A stretch of DNA of 56,666 nt, filler included, from Sphacelaria rigidula (taxonomy: Eukaryota), in the NCBI GenBank assembly GCA_964200075.2. It is 5 parts of 5 records of this genome, joined end to end, with 100 filler letters (N's around TTAATTAATTAA, not from the genome) between each part and the next. Parts side by side here need not be neighbours in the genome. Positions count along the whole stretch, not along the records: positions 34,062 to 45,314 come from CAXNAA020005163.1; positions 45,415 to 56,666 come from CAXNAA020005164.1; 3 more parts are not named here. One strand, written 5' to 3'. The notes below the pieces were generated by a model. That model was given only the letters and a program-made list of their open reading frames with translations, did not search any database and was not told the DNA's origin. Of the stretch, positions 34,062 to 47,019 are shown one piece after another (within the stretch, counting starts at the first letter, position 1; each line of letters starts with the position of its first letter). The translations under genes and the position numbers were made by a program.

Positions 34062-37000
34062 CCCGTGGCCAGTAGATATGCTTCCTATCAAAGGCACACT
34101 TTGTAGTGATCACTTGCGACAGGTCAACGTGAGGCTATTTTGTTCGGCGGGAGAGGCGCACTGCTGGTCTCGGTCGTGTCGGGGATCCGATCGTGGACGT
34201 CAGGGCACGAGGACCGAAAGGTGAGGCCTGGCAAGTACTTCCGCTCTGTAATCAACGTACACGCGGTAGGAACAACTGGCCAAGGGTCAATATTGGGCTC
34301 CCTGTTCCGGCCAGAAGGGTGCTCTACTGGATGTCATCCGTGTCGGAGATCAGGTCTCGGACGTCAGGTCATGAGGGTCGAGAGGTAACCTCTGGCCAGT
34401 AGATTTGCTTCCTATCGATAACACACTTTGTAGTGATCACTTGCCACAGGTCAACGTGAGGCTATCTGATTCGGCGGGAGAGGCGCACTGCTGGTCCCGG
34501 TCGTGTCGAGAATCCGATCGTGGACGTCGGGGCACGAGGGTCGAAAGGTGAGCCCTGGCAAGTACTTCCGCTCTGCAATCAACGTACACCCGGTAGGAAC
34601 AACTGGCCAAGGGTCCATATTGGGCTCCCTGTCCCGGACAGAGGGGTGCACTGGTGGATGTTATCCGTGTCGGAGATCAGGTCTCGGACGTCAGGTCACA
34701 AGAGTCGAGAGATAACCCGTGGCCAGTAGATATGCTTCCTATCAAAGGCACACTTTGTAGTGATCACTTGCCACAGGTCAACGTGAGGCTATTTTGTTCG
34801 GCGGGAGAGGCGCACTGCTGGTCTCGGTCGTGTCGGGGATCCGATCGTGGACGTCAGGGCACGAGGACCGAAAGGTGGGCCCTGACAAGTACTTCCGCTC
34901 TCTGTTTGACATACACGCCGTAGGAACAACTGACGACACGTCGATTTTCGGGTCGCTGTCCCGAGCAGAGGGTGAACTACTGAATGTCATTCGTGTCGGA
35001 GATCAGGTCTCGGATGTCAGGTCACGAGGGTCGAGAGGTGACCCCTGGCCAGTAGATTTGCTCCCTATCGAGAGCACACTCTGCAGTGATCACTCACCAC
35101 AGGTCAACGTGAGGCTATCTGAATCGGCGGGAAAGGCGCACTGCTGGTCTCGGTCGTGTCGGGGATCCGATGTTGGACATCAGCGCAGGTGGACCAGAAG
35201 GTGAGCCCTGGCGAGTACTTCCGCTCTCTGTTTGACAAACACGCGGTAGGAAAAACTGACCACACGTCGATATCCGGGTCGCTGTCCCGACCAGAGGGGT
35301 GCACTGCTGGATGTCATTCGTGTCGGAGATCAGGTCCCGGACGTCAAACCACGAGAGTCGAGAGTCGACCCCTGGCCAGTAGATCTGCTTCCTATCGAGA
35401 GCACACTTTGTAGTGATCACTTGCCACAGGTCAATGTGAGGCTATCTGATTCGGCGGGAAAGGCGCACTGCTGATCTCGGTCATGTCGGGGACCCGATCG
35501 TGGACGTCAGGGCAGGAGGACCGAAAGGTGAGCCCTGGCAAGTACCTCCGCTCTGTATTCAACGTACACGCGGTGGGAATAACTGGCCAAGGGTCAATAT
35601 TTGGGTCTCTGTTCCGGCCAGAGGGGTGCACTGCTGGATGCCATTGGTGTCGGAGATCAGGTCTCGGACGTCAGGTCACGAGGGTCGAGAGGGTACCCCT
35701 GGCGAGTAGATCTGCTCCCTATCGAAGGCACACTTTGTAGTGATCACTTGCCACAGGTCAACGTGAGGCTATCTGATTCGGTGGGAAAGGCGCACTGCTG
35801 GTCTTGGTCGTGTCGGGGACCTGATCGTGGACGTCAGGGCACGAGGGCCCAAAGGTGAGCCCTGGCAAGTACTTCCGCTCTGTATTCAACGTACATGCGG
35901 TGGGAATAACTGGCCAAGGGTCAATATTCGGGTTCCTGTCCCGGCCAGAGGGGTGCACTGCTGTATGCCATCCGTGTCGGAGATCAGGCCTCGGACGTCA
36001 GGTCACGAGGGTCGAGAGTTGACCCCTGGCCAGTAGATGTGCTTTTTATCGAAAGCACACTTTGTAGTGATCGCTTTTTACAGGTCAACGTGAGGCTATC
36101 TGATTCGGCGGGAGAGGCGCACTGCTGGTCTCGGTCGTGTCGGGGATCCGATGTTGGACGTCAGGGCAGGAGGACCGGAAGGTGAGCCCTGGCAAGTACT
36201 TCCCCTCTCTTTTCAACGTACACCCGGTAGGAACAACTCACCACAGATCAATATTCGGGTCCCTGTCCCGACCAGAGGGGTGCACTGCTGGATGCCGTTG
36301 GTGTCGGAGATCAGGTCTTGGACGTCAGGGCACGAAGGTCGAGAGTCGATTTCTGGCCGGTAGATTTGCATCTTATCGAAAGCACACTTTGTAGTGATCA
36401 CTTGCCACAGGTCAACGTGAGGCTATTTCGTGCGGCGGGAGAGGCGCACTGCTGATCTCGGTCGTGTCGTTGATCCGATCGCGGACGTCAGGGCACGAGG
36501 ACCGAAAGGTGGGCCCTGTCGAGTACTTCCCCTCTCTGTTCAACATACACGCGGTAGGAACAACCGATTACAGGTCGATATTCGGGTCGCTGTCCCGAGC
36601 AGAGAGTGGACTACTGGATGTCATCCGTGTCGGAGATCAGGTCTCGGACGTCAGAGCACGAGGGACGAGAGTTGACCCCTGGCCAGTAGATTTGCTTCCT
36701 ATCAAAAACACACTTTGTAGTGATCACTCGTCACAGGTAAACGTGCGGCTATCTGATTCAGCGGGAAAGGCGCACTGCTGGTCTCGGTCGTGTCGGGGAT
36801 CCGATGTTGGACGTCAGCGCAGGAGGACCAGAAGGTGAGCCCTGGCAAGTACTTTCGCTCTCTGTTTGACATACACGCGGTAGGAACAACTGACCACACG
36901 TCGATATTCGGGTCGCTGTCATAACCAGGGAAGTGCACTGCTTGATGTCATTTCTGTCGGAGATCAGGTCTCGGACGTCAGGTCACGAGGCTCAAGAGGT

Positions 37001-40000
37001 AACCAATGGGCAGTAGATATGCTTCCTATCGAGAGCACACTTTGTAGTGATCACTTGCCACAGATCAACGTGAGGCTATCTAATTCGGTGGGAAAGGCGC
37101 ACTGCTGGTCTCGGTCGTGTCGGGGACCCGATCGTGGACGTCAGGGCACGAGGGCCAAAAGGTGAGCCCTGGCAAGTACTTCCGCTCTGTATTCAGCGTA
37201 CACGCGGTAGGAATAACTGGCCAAGGGTCAATATTCGGGTCCCTGTCCCGGCCAGAGGGGTGCACTGCTGTATGCCATCCGTGTCGGAGATCAGGTCTCG
37301 GACGTCAGGTCACGAGGGTCGAGAGTTGACCCCTGGCCAGTAGATCTGCTTCCTATCGAAAACACACTTTGCAGTGATCACTTGCCACAGGTCAACGTGA
37401 GGCCGTCTAATTCGGTGGGAAAGGCGCACTGCTGGTCTCGATCGTGTCGGGGACGCGATCGTGGACGTCAGGGCACGAGGGCCCAAAGGTGAGCCCTGGC
37501 AAGTACTTCCGCTCTGTATTCAACGTACACGCGGTGGGAATAACTGGCCAACGGTCAATATTCGGGTCTCTGTTCCGGCCAGAGGGGTGCACTGCTGGAT
37601 GCAATCCGTGTCGGAGATCAGGTCTCGGACGTCAGGTCACGAGGGTCGAGAGGGTACCCCTGGCCAGTAAATCTGCTTCCTATCGAAGGCACACTTTGTA
37701 GTGATCACTTGCCACAGGTCAACGTGAGGCTATCTGATTCGGCGGGAGATGCGCACTGCTGGTCTCGGTCGTGTCGGGGATCCGATGTTGGACGTCAGGG
37801 CAGAAGGACCGGAAGGTGAGCCCTGGCAAGTACTTTCCCTCTCTATTCAACGTACATGCGGTAAGAACAACTGACCACAGGTCGATATTCGGGTCGCTGT
37901 CCCGGCCAGAGGGGTGCACTGCTGGATGCCATTGGTGTCTGAGATCAGGTCTTGGAGTCGGGGCATGAGGGTCGAGAGTCGATCCCTGGCCGGTAGATTT
38001 GCATCTCATCGGAAGCACACTTTGTAGTGATCACTTGCCACAGGTCAACGTGCTGCTTATTGATTCGGCGAGAGAGGTGCACTGCTGGTCTCGGTCGTGT
38101 CGGGGATCCGATGTTGGACGTCAGCGCAGGAGGGACGAAAGGTGAGCCCTGGCAAGTACTTCCGCTCTATATTCAACGTACACGCGGCAGAAACAACTGG
38201 CCACAGGTCAATATTCGGGCCCTGGTCCCGACCAGAGCGGTGCACGGCTGGATGCAATTCGTGTCGGAGATCAGGTCTCGGACGTCAGGCCACGAGAGTC
38301 GAGAGTTGACCCCTGGCCAGTAGATTTGCTCCCTATCGAGAGCACACTTTGTAGTGATCACTTGCCACAGGTCAACGTGAGGCTATTTGATCCGGCCAAA
38401 AAGGTGCACTGCTATTATCGGTCGTGTCGGGGATCCGATGTTGGACGTCAGGGCAGGGAGACCAGAAGGTGAGCCCTGGCAAGTACTTCCGCTCTGTATT
38501 CAACGTACACGCGGTAGGAACAACTGACCACAAGACAACATTCGGGTCGCTGTCCCGACCGGAAGGGTGCACTGCTGGATGTCATTCGTGTCGGAGATCA
38601 GGTCTCGGACGTCAGGCCACGAGGGTCGAGAGTTGTCCCTTAGCAAGTAGATATGCTGCCTATCGAAAGCACACTTCGTAGTCATCACTTGCCACAGGTC
38701 AACGCACGGCTCTCTGATCCGGCCAGAAAGGTGCACTGCTGGTCTCGGTCGTGTCGGGGATCCGATGTTGGACGTCAGCGCAGGAGGACCAAAAGGTGAG
38801 CCCTGGCAAGTACTTCCGCTCTGTATTCAACGTACAGGCGTGAAAAACAACTGACCACAGGTCAACGTTTGGGTCGCTGTCCCGACCAGATGGGTGCACT
38901 GCTGGATGTCATTCGTGTCGGAGATCAGGTCTCGGAAGTCAGGTCACGAGGGTCGAGAGTTGACCCCTGGCCAGTAGATTTGCTTCCTATCGAAGACACA
39001 CTTTGTAGTGATCACTCGCCCCAGGTCAACGTGAGGCTATCTGATTCGGCGGGAAAGGCGCACTGCTGGTCTCGGTCCTGTCGGGGATCCGATGTTTGAC
39101 GTCAGGGCAGGAGGGCCGAACGGTGAGCCCTGGCAAGTACTTGCGCTCTGTATTCAACGTACACGCGGTAGGAACAACTGACCACACGTCGATATTTGGG
39201 TCGCTGTCCCGACCAGAGCGGTACACTACTGGATGTCATTCGTGTCGGAGATCAGGTCTCGGACGTCAGGCCACGAGGGTCGAGAGTTGACCCCTGGCCA
39301 GTAGATATGCTGCCTATCGAGAGCACACTTTGTTGTCATCACTCGCCACAGGTCAACGTGAGGCTATTTGATCCGGCCAAAAAGGTGCACTGCTATTATC
39401 GGTCGTGTCGGGGATCCGATGTTCGACGTCAGGGCAGGGAGACCAGAAGGTGAGCCCTGGCAAGTACTTCCGCTCTGTATTCAACATACACGCGGTAGGA
39501 ACAACTGACCACAAGACAACATTCGGGTCGCTGTCCCGACCGGAAGGGTGCACTGCTGGATGTCATTCGTGTCGGAGATCAGGTCTCGGACGTCAGGCCA
39601 CGAGGGTCGAGAGTTGACCCCTGGCCAGTAGATTTGCTGCCTATCGAAAACACACTTCGTAGTCATCACTTGCCACAGGTCAACGCACGGCTCTCTGATC
39701 CGGCCAGAAAGGTGCACTGCTGGTCTCGGTCGTGTCGGGGATCCGATGTTGGACGTCAGCGCAGGAGGACCAAAAGGTGAGCCCTGGCAAGTACTTCCGC
39801 TCTGTATTCAACGTACAGGCGTGGGAAACAACTGACCACAGGTCAATTTTTGGGTCGCTTTTCCGGCCAGATGGGTGCACTGCTGGATGTCATCCGTGTC
39901 AGAGATCAGGTCTCGGAAGTCAGGTCACGAGGGTCGAGAGTTGACCCCTGGCCAGTAGATTTGCTTCCTATCGAAAACACACTTCGTAGTGATCACTTGC

Positions 40001-43000
40001 CACAGGTCAACGTGAGGCTATTTGATCCGGCCAAAAAGGTGCATTGCTGATCTCGGTCGTGTCGGGGATCCGATGTTGGACGTCAGGGCAGGAGAGACGA
40101 AAGGTGAGCCCTGGCAAGTACTTCCGCTCTGTATTCAACATACACGCGGTAGGAACATTTGACCACACGTCGATATTCGGGTCGCTGTCCCGACCAGAGC
40201 GGTACACTACTGGATGCCATTCTTGTCGGAGATCAGGTCTCGGACGTCAGGCCACGAGGGTCGAGAGTTGACCCCTGGCCAGTAGATATGCTCCCTATCG
40301 AGAGCACACTTTGTAGTGATCACTTGCCACAGGTCAACGTGAGGCTATCTCATTCGGTGGGAAAGGCGCACTGCTAGTCTCGGTCGTGTCGGGGATCCGA
40401 TGTTCGACGTCAGGGCAGGGAGACCAGAAGGTGAGCCCTGGCAAGTACTTCCGCTCTGTATTCAACGTACACGCGGTAGGAACAACTGACCACAAGACAA
40501 CATTCGGGTCGCTGTCCCGACCGGAAGGGTGCACTGCTGGATGTCATTCGTGTCGGAGATCAGGTCTCGGACGTCAGGCCACGAGGGTCGAGAGTTGTCT
40601 CTTAGCAAGTAGATATGCTGCCTATCGAAAGCACACTTCGTAGTGATCACTTGCCACAGGTCAACGTGCGGCTCTCTGATCCGGCCAGAAAGGTGCACTG
40701 CTGGTCTCGGTCGTGTCGGGGATCCGATGTTGGACGTCAGCGCAGGAGGACCAAAAGGTGAGCCCTGGCAAGTACTTCCGCTCTGTATTCAACGTACAGG
40801 CGTGGGAAACAACTGACCACAGGTCAATTTTTGGGTCGCTGTCCCGGCCAGATGGGTGCACTGCTGGATGTCATTCGTGTCGGAGATCAAGTCTCGGACG
40901 TCAGGCCACGAGGGTCGAGAGTTGACCCCTGGCCAGTAGATTTGCTGCCTATCGAAAACACACTTCGTAGTGATCACTCGCCCCAGGTCAACGTGAGGCT
41001 ATCTGATTCGGCGGGAGAGGCGCACTGCTGGTCTCGGTCGTGTCGGGGATCCGATGTTGGGCGTCAGGGCAGGAGGGCCGCAAGATGAGCCCTGGCAAGT
41101 ACTTCCGCTCTGTATTCAACATACACGCGGTAGGAACAACTGACCACACGTCGATATTCGGGTCGCTGTCCCGACCAGAGCGGTGCACTACTGGATGCCA
41201 TTCGTGTTGGAGATCAGGTGTCGGACGTCAGGTCAAGAGTGTCGAGAGTCGACCCCTGGCGGGTAGATTTGCATCTTATCGAAAGCACACTTCGTAGTGA
41301 TCACTTGCCACAGGTCAATGCGCGGCTACCTGATCCGGCCAAAAAGGTGCACTGCTGGTCTCGGTCGTGTTGGGGATCCGATGTTGGACGTCAGCGCAGG
41401 AGGACCAAAAGGTGAGCCCTGGCAAGTACTTCCGCTCTGTATTCAACGTACACGCGGTAAAAACAACTGGGCACAGGTCAATATTCGGGCCCCCGTCCCG
41501 ACCAGATGGGTGCACTGCTGGATGCCATTCGTGTCCGAGATCAGGTCTCGGACGTCAGGGCCCGAGGGTCGAGAGTTGTCTCTTAGCAAGTAGATATGCT
41601 GCCTATCGAAAGCACACTCTGTAGAGATCACGTGCCACAGGTCAACGTGCGGCTATCTGATTCGGCGAGGAAGGCGCACTGCTGGTCTCGGTCGTATCGG
41701 GGATCTGATCGTGGACGTCAGGGCAGGAGGACCGAAAGGTGAGCCCTGGCAAGTGCTTGCCCTCTCAATTCAACCTACACCCGGTAGGAACAGTTGGCCG
41801 CGAGTCAATATCCGGGTCCCTGTGCCGGCCAGAGGGGTGCACTGCTGGATGTCATTCGTGTCGGAGATCAGGTCTCGGACGTCAGGTCACGAAGGTCGAG
41901 AGTCGACCCCTGGCCAGGATATTTTCTTCCTATCGAAAATACACGTCGTAGTGATCACGTGCCACAGGTCAACGTGCAGCTATCTAACTCGGCGGGAGAG
42001 GCGCACTACTGGTCTCGGTCGTGTCGGGCATCCTATGTTGGACGTCAGGGCAGGAGGACCGAAAGGTGAGCCCTGGCAAGTACTTCCGCTCTGTATTCAA
42101 CGTATACGGGGTAGGAACAACTGGCCAGAGGTCAATATTCGGCTCCCTGTTCCGGCCAGAGGGATGCACTGCTGGATGTCATTCGTGTCGGAGGTCAGGT
42201 CTCAGACGTCAAGTCGCGAGGGTCGAGATTTGATCCCTGGCCAGTAGATTTGCTTCCTATCAAAAACACACTTCGTAGTGATCACTTGCCACAGGTCAAC
42301 GTGAGGCCATTTTGTTCGGCGGGAGAGGCGCACTGCTGGTCTCGGTCGTGTCGGGGATCCGATGTTGGACGTCAGGCCAGGAGGAGCGAAAGGTGAGCCC
42401 TGGCAAGTGCTTTCAGTTCTCTGTTCAACATACACGCGGTAGGAACAACTGGCCACAGGTCAATATTCGGGTCGCTTTTCCGGCTAGAGTGGTTCACCGT
42501 TGGATGCCATTCGTGTCGGAGATCAGGTCTCGGACGACAGGGCACGAGGGTCGAGAGGTGACCCCTGACCAGTAGATTTGCTTCCTATCGAAAGCACACT
42601 TTATAGTGATCACGTGCCACAGGTCAACGTGCGTCTCTCTGATCCGGCGAGGAAGGCGCACTGCTGGTCTCGGTCGTGTCGGGGATCCGATGTTGGACGT
42701 CAGAGCAGGAGGACCGAAAGGTGAGCCCTGGCAAGTACTTGCCCTCTCTATTCAACGTACACCCGGTAGGAACAACTGCCCACAGGTCGATATTCGGGCC
42801 CCTGTCTTGAACAGAGGGGTGCACTGCCGGATGTCATTCGGGTCGAAAATCAGGTCTCGGACGTCAGGGCACGAGGATCGGGAATTGACCGGTAGCAAGT
42901 AGTATTTTCTATCAATGGTACACGTGGTAGTAATCACTTGCCACAGTTTAACAACCGTCTGTCTGTCCCCCTCCGAAGGGCAGGCAAGAATCATTCCTGC

Positions 43001-45314
43001 CAGGTATAGGGTCTTGGAGGTCAGCGCCCGTCGTGAGTCGACCCCTGGCCAGTAGATTTGCTTCCTATCGAAAGCACACTTTGTAGTGATCACTTGCCAC
43101 AGGTCAACGTGCGTCTATCTGATCCGGCGAGGAAGGCGCACTGCTGGTCTCGGTCGTGTCGGGGATCCGATGTTGGACATCATGGCAGGAGGACCGAAAG
43201 GTGAGCCCTGGCAAGTACTTCCGCCCTCTATTCACGGTACACCCGGTAGGAGCAACTGCCCACAGGTCGATATTCGGGCCCCTGTCCCGACCAGAGGGGT
43301 GCACTGCTGGATGTCATTCGGGTCGAAGATCAGGTCTCGGATCTCAGGGCACGAGGATCGGGAATTGACCGGTAGCAAGTAGTATTTTCTATCAATGGTA
43401 TACGTGGTAGTAATCACTTGCCACAGGTGAACAACCGTCTGTCTGTCCCCCGCCGAAGGGGAGGCAAGAATCATTCCTGTCAGGTATCGGGTCTTGGAGG
43501 TCAGAGCCCAAGGGTCGAGAGTCGACCCCTGGCCAGTAGATTTGCTTCCTATCGAAAGCACACTTTGTACTGATCACGTGCCACAGGTCAACGTGCGGCC
43601 TTTTGATCCGGCGAGGAAGGCGCACGGCTGGTCTCGGTCGTGTCGGGCATCCGATGTTGGACGTCAGAGCAGGAGGACCGAAAGGTGAGCCCTGGCAAGT
43701 ACTTCCGCTCTCTGTTTAACATACACGCGGTAGGAACAACTGGCTGCAGGTCACGTTTTGGGTCCCTGTCCCGACCAGAGGGGTGCACTGCCGGATGTCA
43801 TTCGTGTCGGAGATCATGTCTCGGACGTCAGGTCACGACGGTGGAGAGTCGACCCCTGGCCAGGAGATTTGCTTCATTTCGAAAGCACACTTTGTAGTCA
43901 TCATTTGCCACAGGTCAACGTGAGGCTGTCTGATTCGGCGAGGAAGGCGCACTGCTGGTCTCGGTCGTGTCGGGGATCTGATCGTGGATGTCAGTGCAGG
44001 AGGACCGAAAGGTGAGCCCTGGCAAGTACTCGCCCTCTCTATTCAACGTACATCCGGTAGGAACAACTGGCCACAGGTCAATATTCGGGTCGCTTTTCCG
44101 GCCAGAGTGGTGCACTGTTGGATGCCATTCGTGTCGGAGATCAGGTCTCGGACGACAGGGCACAAGGGTCGAGAGTCGACCCCTGGCCAGTAGATTTGCT
44201 TCCTATCGAAAGCACACTTTGTAGTGATCACTTGCCACAGGTCAACGAGCGTCTATCTGATCCGGCGAGGAAGGCGCACTGCTGGTCTCGGTCGTGTCGG
44301 GGATCCGATGTTAGACATCATGGCAGGAGGACCGAAAGGTGAGCCCTGGCAAGTACTTCGGCTCTCTATTCAAGTTACACCCGGTAGGAACAACTGCCCA
44401 CAGGTCGATATTCGGGCCCCTGTCCCGACCAGAGGGGTGTACTGCTGGATGTCATTCGGGTCGAAGATCAGGTCTCGGATCTCAGGGCACGAGGATCGGG
44501 AATTGACCGGTAGCAAGTAGTATTTTCTATCAATGGTGCACGTGGTAGTAATCACTTGCCACAGTTTAACAACCGTCTGTCTGTCCCCCGCCGAAGGGGA
44601 GGCAAGAATCATTCCTGTCAGGTGTCGGGTCTTGGAGGTCATAGCCCGAGGCTCGAGAGTCGACCCCTGGCCAGGAGATTTGCTTCCTTTCGAAAGCACA
44701 CTTTGTAGTCATCACTTGCCACAGGTCAACGTGCGTCTATCTGATTCGGCGAGGAAGGCGCACTGCTGGTCTCGGTCGTGTCGGGGATCCGATGTTGGAC
44801 ATCAGGGCAGGAGGACCGAAAGGTGAGCCCTGGCAAGTACTCCCCGCTCTCTATTCAACGTACACCCGGGAGAACCAACTGCCCACAGGTCAATATTCGG
44901 GTCCCCGTCCCGGCCAGAGGGGTGCACTGCTGGATGCCATTCGTGTCGGAGATCGGGTCTCGGACGTCAGGGCACGAGGGTCGAGAGTTGACCCCTGGCC
45001 GGTAGATTTGCATCTTATCGAAAGCACACTTTGTACTGATCACGTGCCACAGGTCAACGTGCGGCCTTTTGATCCGGCGAGGAAGGCGCACTGCTGGTCT
45101 CGGTCGTGTCGGGGATCCGATGTTGGACGTCAGAGCAGGAGGACCGAAAGGTGAGCCCTGGCAAGTACTTCCGCTCTCTGTTTAACATACACGCGGTAGG
45201 AACAACTGGCCACAGGTCAATATTCGGGTCGCTGTCCCAGCCAGAGGGGTGCACTGCTCAATGCCATTCGTGTCGGAGATCAGGTCTCGGACGTCAGGGC
45301 ACGAGGGTCCAGAG
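34062..45314. repeat. Satellite array: ~33 copies of a 327-bp unit (163-bp A + 164-bp B monomers) plus three C monomers
   Basis: GTGAGCCCTGGCAAGTAC recurs every 327 bp, and A and B align end-to-end with one gap. The frames I translated contain recurrent stops, and the ORF track shows no long ORF. The array fills the whole contig between two gaps. Confidence 0.97.
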
Positions 45315-45729
45315 NNNNNNNNNNNNNNNNNNNNNNNNNNNNNNNNNNNNNNNNNNNNTTAATTAATTAANNNNNNNNNNNNNNNNNNNNNNNNNNNNNN
45401 NNNNNNNNNNNNNNGCTTGCGCTGGATCTGCATACATGTGTGGCATCAGTCTCTGATATGTCACTGCAAAGAGATATCCTCCACATCCCCCCCCCCCCTT
45501 CATGCGCCTTGAGCCCATCGAGGCTATGGCTGGTGGGACGAGGCGATCATGGAGGTTTCTTTGAGTGACAATCCTTGATTGAGTCACGCCACCACTAATC
45601 GCAAAGGTAGCCCTTCTCTATACCGTGGTATTGAGTAGACACCCCCTGTGAATCTTCGCTACCTTTGGTCAGTTACAGTGCATGTATTCCAAACCCTCTA
45701 TTTTTTTTGTCATGTAGCTGTCATATGTG

Positions 45730-46550
45730 ACATGTTTCCATCAGATGTATTTGCACTTGGGTGCTGGTTGCAACTGCTGGTATACAAGACTGGGCACGGG
45801 GACACTGATCGGTTCACGGGCGCCTGAGTTATTCCTGCCCGGGTTCTGGGATGCCTTCAGTTCCACGGCCACCTGAGTAGGGTTAAGTGTCGGGTTAGTA
45901 ACAAGGCGGTGTTGAAGATACATGTATGTTTTGTTTTTTTTCACCTGGGAGCATTGTGCTCTTTTGGCTAAACACCGTCAAAATGACCTTTGCTTCTTGT
46001 ATTGTGTCCAGTAGATGCATCATAAATGACACATTTTTCATTGGATACTTTTTGCACTTTGGTGCAGGCTGCATCAGTTAGGTATACCTGACTAGGCACT
46101 GGGACACGGACCCGGTCCACGGGCGCTTGATGTATTTCTGCCCGGATTCTGGGATACCTTCGGTTCCACTGACGCCGGAGTACAGGACAAAGCCCTCGCG
46201 TTAGTACTAAAGCGGTGAATCTGATGTTTATCTTGCGAGCATTGTGCTCTTTGGTGAAACATCGACATGATCTTTGCTCCGTATCATTTTGTGGCATATA
46301 CGTGTGTCCCATGTGATAATGCACAAGATGCGTTGCATTTTGGTGCTGGATGCATCTGCTGTTTCTACATGCCTGGGGACTGGGACACTGATCGGTCCAC
46401 GGGCGCCTGGGTTTTTCATGTCCGGGTTCTGGGATACCTTCGGTTTCTTTGACACCGAAATAGTACAGCGTCTTCGTGTTAGCAACAAAGCGGCGAGTGC
46501 GATGTTTTCGGCCTGTGAGCGTTGTGCTTTTTTGTCTAAGCACCGTCAAA
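45730..46550. repeat. Three diverged ~280-300-bp tandem repeats in the 3' internal region of the LTR element
   Basis: GGGACACTGATCGGT.CACGGGCGCC...GGGTTCTGGGAT.CCTTC at ~45798, ~46101 and ~46382. Confidence 0.8.
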
Positions 46551-47019
46551 ATGATCAGCCCTACCCTTATTGCTGAGAGGCTATCTTCCTTGGGAAGTTG
46601 CACTCCGGTCACCGTTGACATGTCAGATATGTTTCCGTTCATGTCTGCATTGTTCAAACGTTCTTTTTTCGTTTCCTTCTCTTGTCACTCTCCTTGATCT
46701 CCGAATTGTGACCCCGGGCTATTGCCCAACCCTTGAGCGTGTTGCTAGGACGCTGGAGCAGTCTGTTGAACAGTCCCGTCGCTCTGCGTTACCCGGTATT
46801 TTTTGGGTTCGACTCCGGATGTGAGCGCTTTGCTAATCCGTTGTCATGACGGTATATATCGAGGAGGTGTCTACCTTGTGTTGTTTCGTCAGCTCGATAG
46901 CTTAGGTCAACTGTTGGGCTGTAGCTTTTGAGTCTCATTAATCTCCGAATTTTGATCTCAGGTTACTGCTCAACGTTTGAGCGTTGTGCTAGGACGCTCA
47001 AACAGTCTGTGAAACAGTC

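Noticed and set aside
36165-36192. AGG-ACC-GGAA-GGT-GAGC resembles SRP RNA helix 8
   Set aside because: The register differs from the SRP consensus, no other SRP helices are present, and the motif varies among copies.
34062-45314. Array as a repeat protein (327 = 109 codons) or a CRISPR-like array
   Set aside because: Stops recur in each unit, the 163/164 monomers shift frame, and there are no unique spacers or cas genes.
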